This document shows positions 9,894-18,872 of a DNA stretch of 55,363 nt, piece after piece; within the stretch, counting starts at the first letter, position 1; each line of letters begins with the position of its first letter. The DNA is taken from positions 1 to 55,363 of IMG/VR virus record IMGVR_UViG_3300048582_000091; one strand, written 5' to 3'. The notes under the pieces were generated by a model. It was given only the letters and a program-made list of their open reading frames with translations, had not been told where the DNA came from and searched no databases. This DNA comes from a virus (Duplodnaviria > Caudoviricetes). A program made the position numbers and the translations under genes.

Positions 9894-10361
9894 ATGAATA
9901 AAAGATATATAACGTTCGACGAACTTAAAATGATGACAAATAGACTATGCAGACAAGTCGTAGATTCTAAATTTCACCCCGACATTATCGTAGGTATTAC
10001 TCGTGGCGGATTGTTACCCGCTATAATGATGTCTCATTATTTTAAAGTTCCTATGACTGCACTGCAATGGAACTCGAGAGATAATACCGAATTAGGCAAT
10101 GAAAGCTGTTGTTGGTTAGCAGAAGATGCGATAGATGGTAAGAATATACTGATTGTAGATGACATAGCCGACAGTGGAAGAACTATAACCGAAATTAGAG
10201 AAGACTGGCAAAAATCAGTCATGGGAGAGGTACAATGGGGGCAGAACGTAAAAGTGGCAGTACTGCAAAAAAGATTCTCATGCACTACTTCCGTAGAATA
10301 TTTCGCAGAGAGGATCGCAGACGAAACATGGCAAGTGTACCCGTGGGAGGAGTGGATTTAA
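9894..10361 (+). CDS. type I purine phosphoribosyltransferase (Gpt/Hpt-like)
   Basis: IVGITRGG, PRPP loop ILIVDDIADSGRT, C-terminal YPWE. Confidence 0.9.
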   Translation: MNKRYITFDELKMMTNRLCRQVVDSKFHPDIIVGITRGGLLPAIMMSHYFKVPMTALQWNSRDNTELGNESCCWLAEDAIDGKNILIVDDIADSGRTITEIREDWQKSVMGEVQWGQNVKVAVLQKRFSCTTSVEYFAERIADETWQVYPWEEWI

Positions 10362-10363
10362 CT

Positions 10364-10882
10364 ATGGCTATCCCTAACAATATCCCTGCATTTACGGGAT
10401 CTATTACAACTACAATGCTCGGTACAGCTAACTCTGCATGGGTTAATACTAACACCGGGCAAACTCATATGTACAACGGCGGCAGTAACGGAATAGTAAA
10501 CGGTTCTTATGGTATCGCCGCCGGCATCTCCGGGAATGCTCCAAAGAGTAGAGCTAACCTTACGGTTGCTGGCAAAGGATTTTGCATATTGATCGACGGT
10601 GAAGACGGCGAAGAGATTGTAAGACTACGTAACGACGGCAAAGTAGTATGGAAGAATGGCGTACAGTTAGACGAAGGTGTTAAAGCGTTTTCTTCTTTAC
10701 TTAGATTAGGTGTTGCGGAAAGTGCGGGTGTCGGTGCATCTGTTAGAGAAGAAATTCGCAACCAAGTATATGCCGACCTTATTGCCATGGCAAAAGAAAA
10801 AGGAAGTTTAACAGAAGAAGACTTGACATTTGATAGAGATTCGTGTATATTAGTGGAGAAATTAGCAAAGCCCACCCTCTAA
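10364..10882 (+). CDS. hypothetical protein
   Basis: ATG 10364 downstream of GGAGG; the upstream ORF extension overlaps the PRTase. Confidence 0.6.
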   Translation: MAIPNNIPAFTGSITTTMLGTANSAWVNTNTGQTHMYNGGSNGIVNGSYGIAAGISGNAPKSRANLTVAGKGFCILIDGEDGEEIVRLRNDGKVVWKNGVQLDEGVKAFSSLLRLGVAESAGVGASVREEIRNQVYADLIAMAKEKGSLTEEDLTFDRDSCILVEKLAKPTL

Positions 10883-10893
10883 GGAGTAACACA

Positions 10894-11256
10894 ATGTCTG
10901 CAAAAATCGAATTTAAATATGATCGTACACCCGAAAACACAGCGAAGCAGCTTGCTGGCGAACTGTACGGGCTAAAAGCGTTAAACGGATCAAATCTTGT
11001 ACCTCGTCTTAGCGGTAACGTTCTGACCATCGAAGCAAAAGGCTTAAATCCTGCCTTTTTTAAGAATCCGCAAGATCTCGGTCGTGAGTCTGCATTCGCA
11101 GCATTGGAAGTAATTTTTAATCAGACTGAAATTTACGGTAAAATTACCGAAGATGAAACTGAACAAAAAGTACTGATCAAACCCTGCAAGATTATACGCG
11201 AGGGCGCAGCAGATAAACTGATTATTGCTATGCCTGTGGAGAAAGTAAATGAGTAA
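10894..11256 (+). CDS. hypothetical protein
   Basis: AAGGAG RBS then ATG 10894. Confidence 0.7.
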   Translation: MSAKIEFKYDRTPENTAKQLAGELYGLKALNGSNLVPRLSGNVLTIEAKGLNPAFFKNPQDLGRESAFAALEVIFNQTEIYGKITEDETEQKVLIKPCKIIREGAADKLIIAMPVEKVNE

Positions 11257-12187
11257 AGAAAAACAATATCGTTATAGCGAAATTTTTCGCAGCATCCAAG
11301 GCGAAGGTGAATACACTGGCGTACCTACTGCATGGATTCGTCTGTGGGGTTGCAACTTCGAGTGCGCGGGTTTTAGCCAGAAAAATCTAGACGATCGCAG
11401 CACATGGGAACTACCGTATTTAGACTTCGATCCTAAGAGCATTATTGCAGTAGAACAATTGCCAGTGTGGCACACAGGTTGTGATTCTAGCTATAGCTGG
11501 GCTAAACAATTTCGTCATCTTGCACACATAAATACTGTGCCCGGTATCGTGGATAAAATCACAGACGTACTTAAAAGCCCGTGGAATCCAACTGGCACCT
11601 TCCTGCATGAAAAGTCTAAGCAAGAACAGCACATGGCTTTTACCGGTGGCGAACCGATGATGTCTCAGGTTGCAATGCAATCTATTATGCAAGAGTTTGC
11701 AGACCGAAAAAACGCGCCGCGTTTTGTTACTGTAGAGACAAACGGTTCACTGCCTATCGCCGACGAGTTAGCAAATTTCATCCGTGAGAAATTTTACACC
11801 TCGGAGGACTTCGGGGGCATTGTGCAAGATGAACGAGGTACCCCCGAGTGGTTTTGGTCTGTAAGCCCGAAGCTTCGTTCGAGCGGTGAAAAATGGGAAG
11901 ACGCTATTAAACCAGAAGTATTAGCAGGTTATTCGGATGCAAGCGATCGCGGACAACTAAAGTTCGTAGTAGACGGCACCGAGCGTACCTGGTATGAAGT
12001 CGACAAAGCAGTAGCAGCATTTAGAGAAGAAGGTATCTACTGGCCGGTGACAATTATGCCAGTCGGGGCTGACTTAGAAGGGCAAAATGACGTAGCGGCG
12101 ACGATTTGCGACCAAACGCAAGATCGCGGATTTAATTTTTCAGGTCGTCTGCATGTTTACGTCTACGGGAACTCTATTGGACGATAA
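11249..12187 (+). CDS. queE: 7-carboxy-7-deazaguanine synthase (radical SAM)
   Basis: EIFRSIQGEG, RLWGCNFEC...GCDS, FTGGEP, VETNG, SVSPKL and RLH motifs. Confidence 0.88.
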   Translation: MSKEKQYRYSEIFRSIQGEGEYTGVPTAWIRLWGCNFECAGFSQKNLDDRSTWELPYLDFDPKSIIAVEQLPVWHTGCDSSYSWAKQFRHLAHINTVPGIVDKITDVLKSPWNPTGTFLHEKSKQEQHMAFTGGEPMMSQVAMQSIMQEFADRKNAPRFVTVETNGSLPIADELANFIREKFYTSEDFGGIVQDERGTPEWFWSVSPKLRSSGEKWEDAIKPEVLAGYSDASDRGQLKFVVDGTERTWYEVDKAVAAFREEGIYWPVTIMPVGADLEGQNDVAATICDQTQDRGFNFSGRLHVYVYGNSIGR

Positions 12188-12194
12188 GGAAATT

Positions 12195-12806
12195 ATGAAA
12201 CGTAAAAGATTAATACCATTTTCGTGGCTTCCCGCTGCATGGGGAATGAAAGGCAAAACACGCGAGCGTGCGCAGGCGGAGTACGAGTTAGAAGGTATAG
12301 AGCTTGAGCGCATACTAATTGATTTGGATTATGTCGGCATAGAACGTGATTTAAAATTAATCGATCTAGACTACGCACACGATATTATCACGGTGTACGA
12401 TAGAGATCGTGCAATTGCAAATCATACACTTAAAGATAACGAACTAGCAATACGTTTGCTAGAAATAGATTTTGCAGAGCGTAAGCTCACTGATATGGAA
12501 TACGATAAGCAACTTGCTACACTGAAAGGAGAAGGTTGGGTAAGAATCATTAATGTGAAGCCGGAAGGTGATAAACCCAATTACGGCGAATTAGAACTTG
12601 ACTGGAATGACGCATTTGTAGTAGAATTGCGCGAAGGTGGCTACGAAGGCGCGGCAGACGAACAGGTAGTCGATATGTGGTTATCCGATCTGTGCAGAAA
12701 CATTGCAATGGAACAATTCACAGGCACAGGCGACTTCGACGAAAAAATACCAGATCAGTTTATTCAAAAAACTAAAACCGAGGACGGAAAGTGGGAAGCG
12801 AAGTAA
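12195..12806 (+). CDS. hypothetical protein
   Basis: AAGGA RBS then ATG 12195; acidic helical protein. Confidence 0.7.
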   Translation: MKRKRLIPFSWLPAAWGMKGKTRERAQAEYELEGIELERILIDLDYVGIERDLKLIDLDYAHDIITVYDRDRAIANHTLKDNELAIRLLEIDFAERKLTDMEYDKQLATLKGEGWVRIINVKPEGDKPNYGELELDWNDAFVVELREGGYEGAADEQVVDMWLSDLCRNIAMEQFTGTGDFDEKIPDQFIQKTKTEDGKWEAK

Positions 12807-13798
12807 AACAAAATTTTATATTGATAGATGGATTAAATCTTTTTTTCCGTTCTGCTCACGTAGTAAGTCCATCTGCCGGAATAGATAATATGATCGGAAT
12901 GGGCTTTCATATCATTTTCAATTGCATTAAAAAAGCATGGAAAGACTTCGACGGCTCGCATATTGTGTTTTGTACGGACGGAAGATCGTGGCGCAAAGAT
13001 ATTTATAAACCATACAAAGCACAACGCAAAGAAGCAAGGGCAGCAATGTCTGAGCGCGATCGAGAAAATCAAGATGCAATGCTAGAAGCGTACGGCGACT
13101 TTGTCGAGTTCATGGAAAAGAAAACAAATGTGACCATGCTCTACAACAATACGTTAGAAGCTGATGATTTAATTGCATCTTGGATTGTTGCGCATCCAGA
13201 CGACAACCATGTCATACTTAGCACCGATGGTGATTTTTTACAACTACTCGCACCTAACGTAAAAGTGTACAACGGAGTCGAAAAGACTATATTATCGGTG
13301 GACGGTATATTTACAGAAGATGGCAAACCGGTCATTGATAAAAAAACAAAAGAGCCTAAGCAGATTGTAGACCCTGAATATTTCTTGTTTATGAAATGTA
13401 TACGCGGGGATAAGTCTGATAACATTTTTAGTGCTTTTCCTGGTGCAAGAGAAAAAGGAACCAAAACAAAGGTAGGTATTATAGATGCGTTCGAAGACAG
13501 GCACCAGAAAGGGTACAAGTGGAATAATTTTATGCTACAGCGGTGGACCGATCACGAAGATATCGAGCATGTAGTAAAAGAAGATTACGAACGTAATCGT
13601 AGTTTAATCGACTTGCATGCACAACCGGACGACATTAAAGAAAGATGTGCGTTTACCATTGCAACAGCAGTAGAACGTGAATATGTTTCTGCAGTGGGCG
13701 TACAGTTGATGAAATTTTGTGGCAAATGGGACCTAAAGCGCATAGGCGACAATGCGCCTGTGTATGCAACTATGCTAAATTCAAGATATACAGTATAA
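12791..13798 (+). CDS. 5'-3' exonuclease / T4 RNase H-like flap endonuclease
   Basis: LIDGLN, SWRKDIYKPYKAQR, EADD, STDGDFLQL, GDKSDNI. Confidence 0.93.
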   Translation: MGSEVKQNFILIDGLNLFFRSAHVVSPSAGIDNMIGMGFHIIFNCIKKAWKDFDGSHIVFCTDGRSWRKDIYKPYKAQRKEARAAMSERDRENQDAMLEAYGDFVEFMEKKTNVTMLYNNTLEADDLIASWIVAHPDDNHVILSTDGDFLQLLAPNVKVYNGVEKTILSVDGIFTEDGKPVIDKKTKEPKQIVDPEYFLFMKCIRGDKSDNIFSAFPGAREKGTKTKVGIIDAFEDRHQKGYKWNNFMLQRWTDHEDIEHVVKEDYERNRSLIDLHAQPDDIKERCAFTIATAVEREYVSAVGVQLMKFCGKWDLKRIGDNAPVYATMLNSRYTV

Positions 13799-13819
13799 AT
13801 AGCTAACAAGAGAGATATC

Positions 13820-14305
13820 ATGGTGAAATTAAAACCGATTACTGATAAAAGTTGGCTTATACTAGCAGACGATGGAGTGCAACATGTAGCACTGTTATCG
13901 GAACAAAGAGGTAAGCTAATTCTTATCGCTAAAAACATAAAAACTGTGTTCAACAATAGGAAAGAATTACAGGATTTTTTCGAAGAAGATATTTTCGAAA
14001 ATGTTATTAAGGACGTAAAGCAGGAAAAAATAAGTTATTATATTAACGGATACCCCACCGATCATAATATTCCGCACGAAGCAAAACCAGATAAAATTAA
14101 GAGTGATCTACCGTTATATACCAAAACCGCAACTAGTTTGGTATATTATTCCGCCGGTTACTATTGTTTACAGTTTCCTAAAGGTTGGATGCATGCATTT
14201 TGTCCTAAATTAGAAACGCTAACTGCGCATAATTATGAAGGTCCTTTTAAAACTGAAAAAGAAATGAAATTTGTTTTATCGAAATTGCGCAAATGCAAGA
14301 AATAA
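13820..14305 (+). CDS. hypothetical protein
   Basis: 161 aa ORF preceded by TATAAATA at 13794-13801. Confidence 0.7.
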   Translation: MVKLKPITDKSWLILADDGVQHVALLSEQRGKLILIAKNIKTVFNNRKELQDFFEEDIFENVIKDVKQEKISYYINGYPTDHNIPHEAKPDKIKSDLPLYTKTATSLVYYSAGYYCLQFPKGWMHAFCPKLETLTAHNYEGPFKTEKEMKFVLSKLRKCKK

Positions 14306-14583
14306 AAAAGCTAGCTGCTAAGATTAAAGTTACTAAACAAAATAAGGGTAATAAGATTCTTCTTACCCTTATCGAAGCAGAAGGTATTCAGCAAGAAGTT
14401 TTATTGCTACAAGACGAAATAAAAGAGCTAAAGGAAAAGATAAGTAATGCTATTCCGGAAGTGGTTTACATTACTGTAGAAAACGAAAATGCTGCTCCTG
14501 CTGAAGTTTTTATAAACACAGAAGAACAAGAACCTATAAAAGAAAAGATAGTAAATATCACAGGAAAGCCGTTTAGGGAGTAA
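14293..14583 (+). CDS. hypothetical coiled-coil protein
   Basis: Coupled ORF, 96 aa. Confidence 0.6.
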   Translation: MQEIKKLAAKIKVTKQNKGNKILLTLIEAEGIQQEVLLLQDEIKELKEKISNAIPEVVYITVENENAAPAEVFINTEEQEPIKEKIVNITGKPFRE

Positions 14584-14592
14584 CCATACTAA

Positions 14593-15000
14593 ATGACAAA
14601 TTACCAAAAATGTTTCCCCTATTCGGACAAGTACGACAACTTAGAATCACTGCGTAATAACATAATCAGTCTAGTGCAACAGTCGGTTAAAGAAAATAGG
14701 AATTTTAAAACCTTAACTCACGAAGATCTAGCTACACTCGTGTTCACTAGGCCAAATTCGATAAGATTAACCTACACCGGTTCGTTATTATTAGGGAAAG
14801 TAATAAAATGTTATAAGTTCGAGCACAGCATGCCAATGAATGCTAATACTTACATTAACATAGATAAGCTAAAATTTCCGTTCTATATTAATGCTGTAAC
14901 TTTTATATCTTTCTCTGAAGAAGAATCGTTTTTGTTGTCGCTGCACGGCGGCGATTTAGAATTATTCTTATCTAAGATAGGAGATACTGCTGAAAATTAA
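14593..15000 (+). CDS. hypothetical protein
   Basis: 135 aa ORF with GGGAG RBS. Confidence 0.65.
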   Translation: MTNYQKCFPYSDKYDNLESLRNNIISLVQQSVKENRNFKTLTHEDLATLVFTRPNSIRLTYTGSLLLGKVIKCYKFEHSMPMNANTYINIDKLKFPFYINAVTFISFSEEESFLLSLHGGDLELFLSKIGDTAEN

Positions 15001-15709
15001 TATAATTGCACTTTTACTAGTATTTGTATCCGCTGCAACATTCGCCGATGTGTACGTGTTATGCTATCATCGTTTTGGTGATAATGTTTCCGATGGAACT
15101 ACGATTAAAGTTGCTAAGTTCGAACAACAAATTAATTACATGCGTGACAAAGGATATACAATAATCCCTATGTCCCACTTCTTGGACTGGAAATTAAGAG
15201 ACGGTACTATACCGGAGAAGTCAGTTGTAATTACAATAGACGACGGGCACGTTACCACTTACGCCGCTGCATATCCACTTATTAAAAAATACAAAGTACC
15301 CGTCACGTTATTCATTTATCCATCTGCCATTTCGAATGCATCGTATGCAATGACATGGGAACAGTTGGCTAAGATGAAAGACAGTGGCGCAGATATACAA
15401 TCGCACACTTACTGGCATCCTAATTTCAAAACTGAGAAAAAGAAAAACACACCCGAAGAATATCAAAAAATTGTAACCATACAGTTAAAGAAAGCTAAGG
15501 AGAAACTCAATGAAAAATTATCCCTTAACATTACTACGCTGGCGTGGCCGTTCGGGATCTATGATGACTTCCTCGAACAAGAATCTACCAAGTACTATGA
15601 CGCTGCATTTTCGATCGACGAGCGACCTGTTAGTAGACAGGATCGCAACACTAGCATTCCGCGTTACATGATAACGCAACAATCCAATCTTGCAAATATC
15701 TTAAAATAA
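14990..15709 (+). CDS. polysaccharide deacetylase (CE4/NodB), probably exported
   Basis: LCYHRF, ITIDDG, SHTYWHP, AWPFG. The frame is open upstream of 15050 and encodes a signal-like LKINIIALLLVFVSAATFA after AGGAG. Start position uncertain. Confidence 0.85.
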   Translation: MKINIIALLLVFVSAATFADVYVLCYHRFGDNVSDGTTIKVAKFEQQINYMRDKGYTIIPMSHFLDWKLRDGTIPEKSVVITIDDGHVTTYAAAYPLIKKYKVPVTLFIYPSAISNASYAMTWEQLAKMKDSGADIQSHTYWHPNFKTEKKKNTPEEYQKIVTIQLKKAKEKLNEKLSLNITTLAWPFGIYDDFLEQESTKYYDAAFSIDERPVSRQDRNTSIPRYMITQQSNLANILK

Positions 15710-15712
15710 CAG

Positions 15713-15741
15713 TTGACGCTCTCTATTTGTAGTGTTACAAT
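15713..15741 (+). promoter_or_regulatory. sigma70-type early promoter
   Basis: TTGACG-N17-TACAAT with TG extension. Confidence 0.7.
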
Positions 15742-15774
15742 AGCTGCAACTTAAACAGAATAGCGAGCAAAAAC

Positions 15775-16137
15775 ATGGCAGGCAACCGTATCGTCATTAG
15801 CGGCAAGCACCACGATTCCCAGAAAATTGCTGCAATTAAAGGGTTGCGGCAGCTAACCGGAATTGGACTGAAGATGGCTAAGGATTCTGTCGAACAATGC
15901 GAATTCGAATCATTGTCTTTTGAACTTTCTGCGCACTATTTTAACGACGATCGCGATCGCGATTACAATCTCGGTGCAGATATTTCGTATCTGCGCGGTA
16001 CCGGGATAGATGTAAAGATGATGGGCAACTACGAATTATACGTTGACCAGCTGAAAGAAATTGCAACCGCAGCAATGCTGAAGGGCGACTACTACGTTGC
16101 TAAGAACCTTGCTGCATTCTTAGAAAAACATTTTTAA
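15775..16137 (+). CDS. ribosomal protein L7/L12 C-terminal-domain-like protein
   Basis: KIAAIKGLRQLTGIGLKMAKDSVE matches the bL12 KIxxIKxxRxxTGxGLKEAKxxVE motif. Confidence 0.75.
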   Translation: MAGNRIVISGKHHDSQKIAAIKGLRQLTGIGLKMAKDSVEQCEFESLSFELSAHYFNDDRDRDYNLGADISYLRGTGIDVKMMGNYELYVDQLKEIATAAMLKGDYYVAKNLAAFLEKHF

Positions 16138-16148
16138 GGTAAACTATC

Positions 16149-16793
16149 ATGCCAAAAGTTCAAGCGTGGCAGTGTAAGCACACTGGCGAACTTTTTCCTA
16201 TCGAGAAGGAAAAGGAATACAAACGGCACACTAATCGTGCATATCGTTCTATATCTGCACAGAAGAAGGAAGCGCGAGAGCGGGCAGAATTCCAAGAGTG
16301 GATGGACACCGAAAAAGCAAAGTGCAAAACACCCGAGCAGGTTGCTGAGTTTCTTCGGGTAAACTTCGACCGGCTGAACACCTATAGCTGCCATCGAGCC
16401 GGAACGAAGCCGGTAGTAGCGTCAATAACAATCGCCGGCGACTATCGCGACAGCGTGTCTAACAGCCATTCTTGCCCACACAACGGTGTAACTAATTGGG
16501 GCAGCAAAGCAGATAAACCCAAAGGATATCCGGGTATATACGGACGAATTAACGTCGAAGTATCGAATAGGAATAATTACACCGGCTTTCTGAGCGATTA
16601 CTTTACTCCAGCACGCGTCTTCACCGGCAGCGGGGGCGGCGGAAGTTACGAAGTGACACTGTGGTTGGACGATTGGCCGGGGCTGAAAGAAACTGTCGAA
16701 CAGCAACACAACGAATACCGAGCCCAACATATCGTAAATGTGCTTGCCGGTAAGAAGAGTCCTATTTTTAGAGTAGATTGGAGCAAAGCATGA
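16149..16793 (+). CDS. hypothetical phage protein
   Basis: 214 aa ORF in an early operon with AAGG RBS. Confidence 0.75.
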   Translation: MPKVQAWQCKHTGELFPIEKEKEYKRHTNRAYRSISAQKKEARERAEFQEWMDTEKAKCKTPEQVAEFLRVNFDRLNTYSCHRAGTKPVVASITIAGDYRDSVSNSHSCPHNGVTNWGSKADKPKGYPGIYGRINVEVSNRNNYTGFLSDYFTPARVFTGSGGGGSYEVTLWLDDWPGLKETVEQQHNEYRAQHIVNVLAGKKSPIFRVDWSKA

Positions 16794-17011
16794 AAACTTA
16801 TGTAACTTTTGGCCAAACACACCGGCACGAGATCGACGGAAAAGTGTTTGACAGGGACTGTGTCGCAGTTATTAATTGCAGTAGTGCAGAGGAAGGTCGT
16901 AGGCTTGCATTCGAATTATTCGACCGTAAGTTTTGTTTCGAGTACCCCGAATACTACTTTGATTACGATTCGATGAAATTTTATCCACGCGGATTTATTG
17001 AGGCGAATTAA
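16790..17011 (+). CDS. hypothetical protein
   Basis: ATGA overlap with the upstream stop. Confidence 0.65.
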   Translation: MKTYVTFGQTHRHEIDGKVFDRDCVAVINCSSAEEGRRLAFELFDRKFCFEYPEYYFDYDSMKFYPRGFIEAN

Positions 17012-17301
17012 TGAAACCTGTGGAAATTTTAGAAGATAACGATACAATACGAGACAATGATTGGTGCCGTCCTTTGTCGCTATGCACCATGAGTGGAGGA
17101 ATGAGCGACAGCATGTCATTCCGTAGCTGCTACAGTGGCAGGCCCGAGAACAATGTTAAATGGACAAGGGTAAGCAATGTACTCGGCGATGGCTGGATCG
17201 GTTGCACAGTAAACGCAGTAACAAAGGCACTCGATACACGATACGAATTTCTCCGTGGTGATATCCCAAAGTCCCATATACTCACAGAAGAAGATTATTA
17301 A
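17011..17301 (+). CDS. hypothetical protein
   Basis: TAATG coupling and GAGG RBS. Confidence 0.65.
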   Translation: MKPVEILEDNDTIRDNDWCRPLSLCTMSGGMSDSMSFRSCYSGRPENNVKWTRVSNVLGDGWIGCTVNAVTKALDTRYEFLRGDIPKSHILTEEDY

Positions 17302-17633
17302 TGAAAATAGTTAAAGATGACACGTACACGGTTAAAATTTATATGAGCGGGCCCATCGAAGTTGCAAAACAGATAATTCGAGAAGAATGCTTGACTGCTG
17401 GCCTCTGTGTTACTATCGAGCCTACTACTTATATCTACACAGGTGGTGAGGAAACAGGTTTTGTGGTAGGGCTGCTAAATTATCCGCGGTTCCCGACTAC
17501 GCCCGAGAAGTTACTTGCAAGAGCAAGAATCTTAACAGTTAAATTGTTAGACGGTACTTTTCAGCATTCTGCGCTTATTGTTACGCCTACTATGAGCGAA
17601 TGGCACACAATGCGCGAACATTACGATAATTAA
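17301..17633 (+). CDS. conserved hypothetical phage protein
   Basis: TAATG coupling; GLCVT...YIYTGGEE.G...LNYPRFP motif. Confidence 0.7.
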   Translation: MKIVKDDTYTVKIYMSGPIEVAKQIIREECLTAGLCVTIEPTTYIYTGGEETGFVVGLLNYPRFPTTPEKLLARARILTVKLLDGTFQHSALIVTPTMSEWHTMREHYDN

Positions 17634-17647
17634 ACAGGATAAGTATA

Positions 17648-17776
17648 ATGAATTTCGAAGTATTTAACACCGAACAAGAAGCTAGCGCCCGAGAAACCGA
17701 ACTTAAATCTCAAGGCGCGTTTGTTATTATGGATTTCAATGGGCATGTATGGACCATTAAGTGGAGAGAAAGATGA
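17648..17776 (+). CDS. 42-aa hypothetical protein (not in the ORF track)
   Basis: AGGA RBS; MNFEVFNTEQEAS...IKWRER; ATGA overlap with the next gene. Confidence 0.55.
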   Translation: MNFEVFNTEQEASARETELKSQGAFVIMDFNGHVWTIKWRER

Positions 17777-18279
17777 ATAAAGTACGGCAGTATACAAAAG
17801 ATGACCTTTACTTGCCGGATGTTATAGTAGATGCCGTCGATTACGCTCGTCTTGAATCCGAATTAAGAGAGTGGCACGATGTGTTTGGCCACCTCGGCGC
17901 GCCAGATGAAGCCAGCATTGCTATCCACACAGCACGATACGAACTCGAAGTCGAATTGACTAAATGGAGGGCGCTAGCAGAGGCATCGCAGACTATTGCA
18001 AAAATTGCACAGTCGGGTCCCCGGCGCATGGCCAAGATAGCGGCACAGCAAGCTGCGCCGGAAATGCTAGAAGTAGTCAAGCGTCCTCCCGGGATGCAGG
18101 TTGTCGAGAGTATCGGCAATTGGCACCTTTTGTACGATCAGCATGTCGTCGGTGATACATGCGTTCACGAGTTTCGAATTCAACGAATCACAAACGACAT
18201 AGCCCTTTATCCCGGAATTACTCAGGAAGAGGCAATACGCCGTTTCCGTGAAAGAGTAGCGGAGGCCGAAAATGAATGA
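17773..18279 (+). CDS. hypothetical protein
   Basis: ATG 17773 after GGAG. Confidence 0.65.
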   Translation: MNKVRQYTKDDLYLPDVIVDAVDYARLESELREWHDVFGHLGAPDEASIAIHTARYELEVELTKWRALAEASQTIAKIAQSGPRRMAKIAAQQAAPEMLEVVKRPPGMQVVESIGNWHLLYDQHVVGDTCVHEFRIQRITNDIALYPGITQEEAIRRFRERVAEAENE

Positions 18280-18661
18280 AGCAATCCTTCGCGCCATCGA
18301 CATGTTGCAGGACTACAAGGGTGTGCTGGCAGCGCAGACCTTTGCCGACAATGACGAAGGCGACCACTGGCAGCGTATAAACGAAAACAAACGCACGTCT
18401 GTGCATGCTGCAATTGTGGGGCTGCGTGCCATACTCGCCGCCCCGTCACCTGTGCTGGCGGATGTGCCTACATTAGACCCAGCATGCTGCGGGGATGCTA
18501 ATGACTGCCCTATCGACTATTCAGATTGCCCGCATAAGGGTATGCCGCCGGCACCTAAATGCAACGTCTGCGGCGTGAAAGTTCTGGAATGCGACAAAAA
18601 CGGATGCTGCGGGATGCCAACCTGCCTAGATGAACTTGAGCGCCTGAACAATAAACTATAG
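18272..18661 (+). CDS. hypothetical protein with Cys-rich C-terminus
   Basis: GGAGG RBS; ten Cys in the C-terminal half. Confidence 0.65.
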   Translation: MNEAILRAIDMLQDYKGVLAAQTFADNDEGDHWQRINENKRTSVHAAIVGLRAILAAPSPVLADVPTLDPACCGDANDCPIDYSDCPHKGMPPAPKCNVCGVKVLECDKNGCCGMPTCLDELERLNNKL

Positions 18662-18686
18662 TCATTCCACAGAAAAGGTTTTGTAA

Positions 18687-18872
18687 ATGAAAAGAATTGA
18701 TTTATACGGCGAAGGTCTTGTAGCCGCACAGAAAGAATGCGATCGAATAGCATCAGATATTAAGGGCCGCCACGATCTTACACGCAAAGGTGCAGGAGAA
18801 TGTTCCGCTGCAATCCGTGCATTAATTAATGAACATTACGCCGATAGGGATGCATTCGATGGGAAGCTATAA
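18687..18872 (+). CDS. hypothetical protein
   Basis: 61 aa ORF in the operon. Confidence 0.55.
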   Translation: MKRIDLYGEGLVAAQKECDRIASDIKGRHDLTRKGAGECSAAIRALINEHYADRDAFDGKL

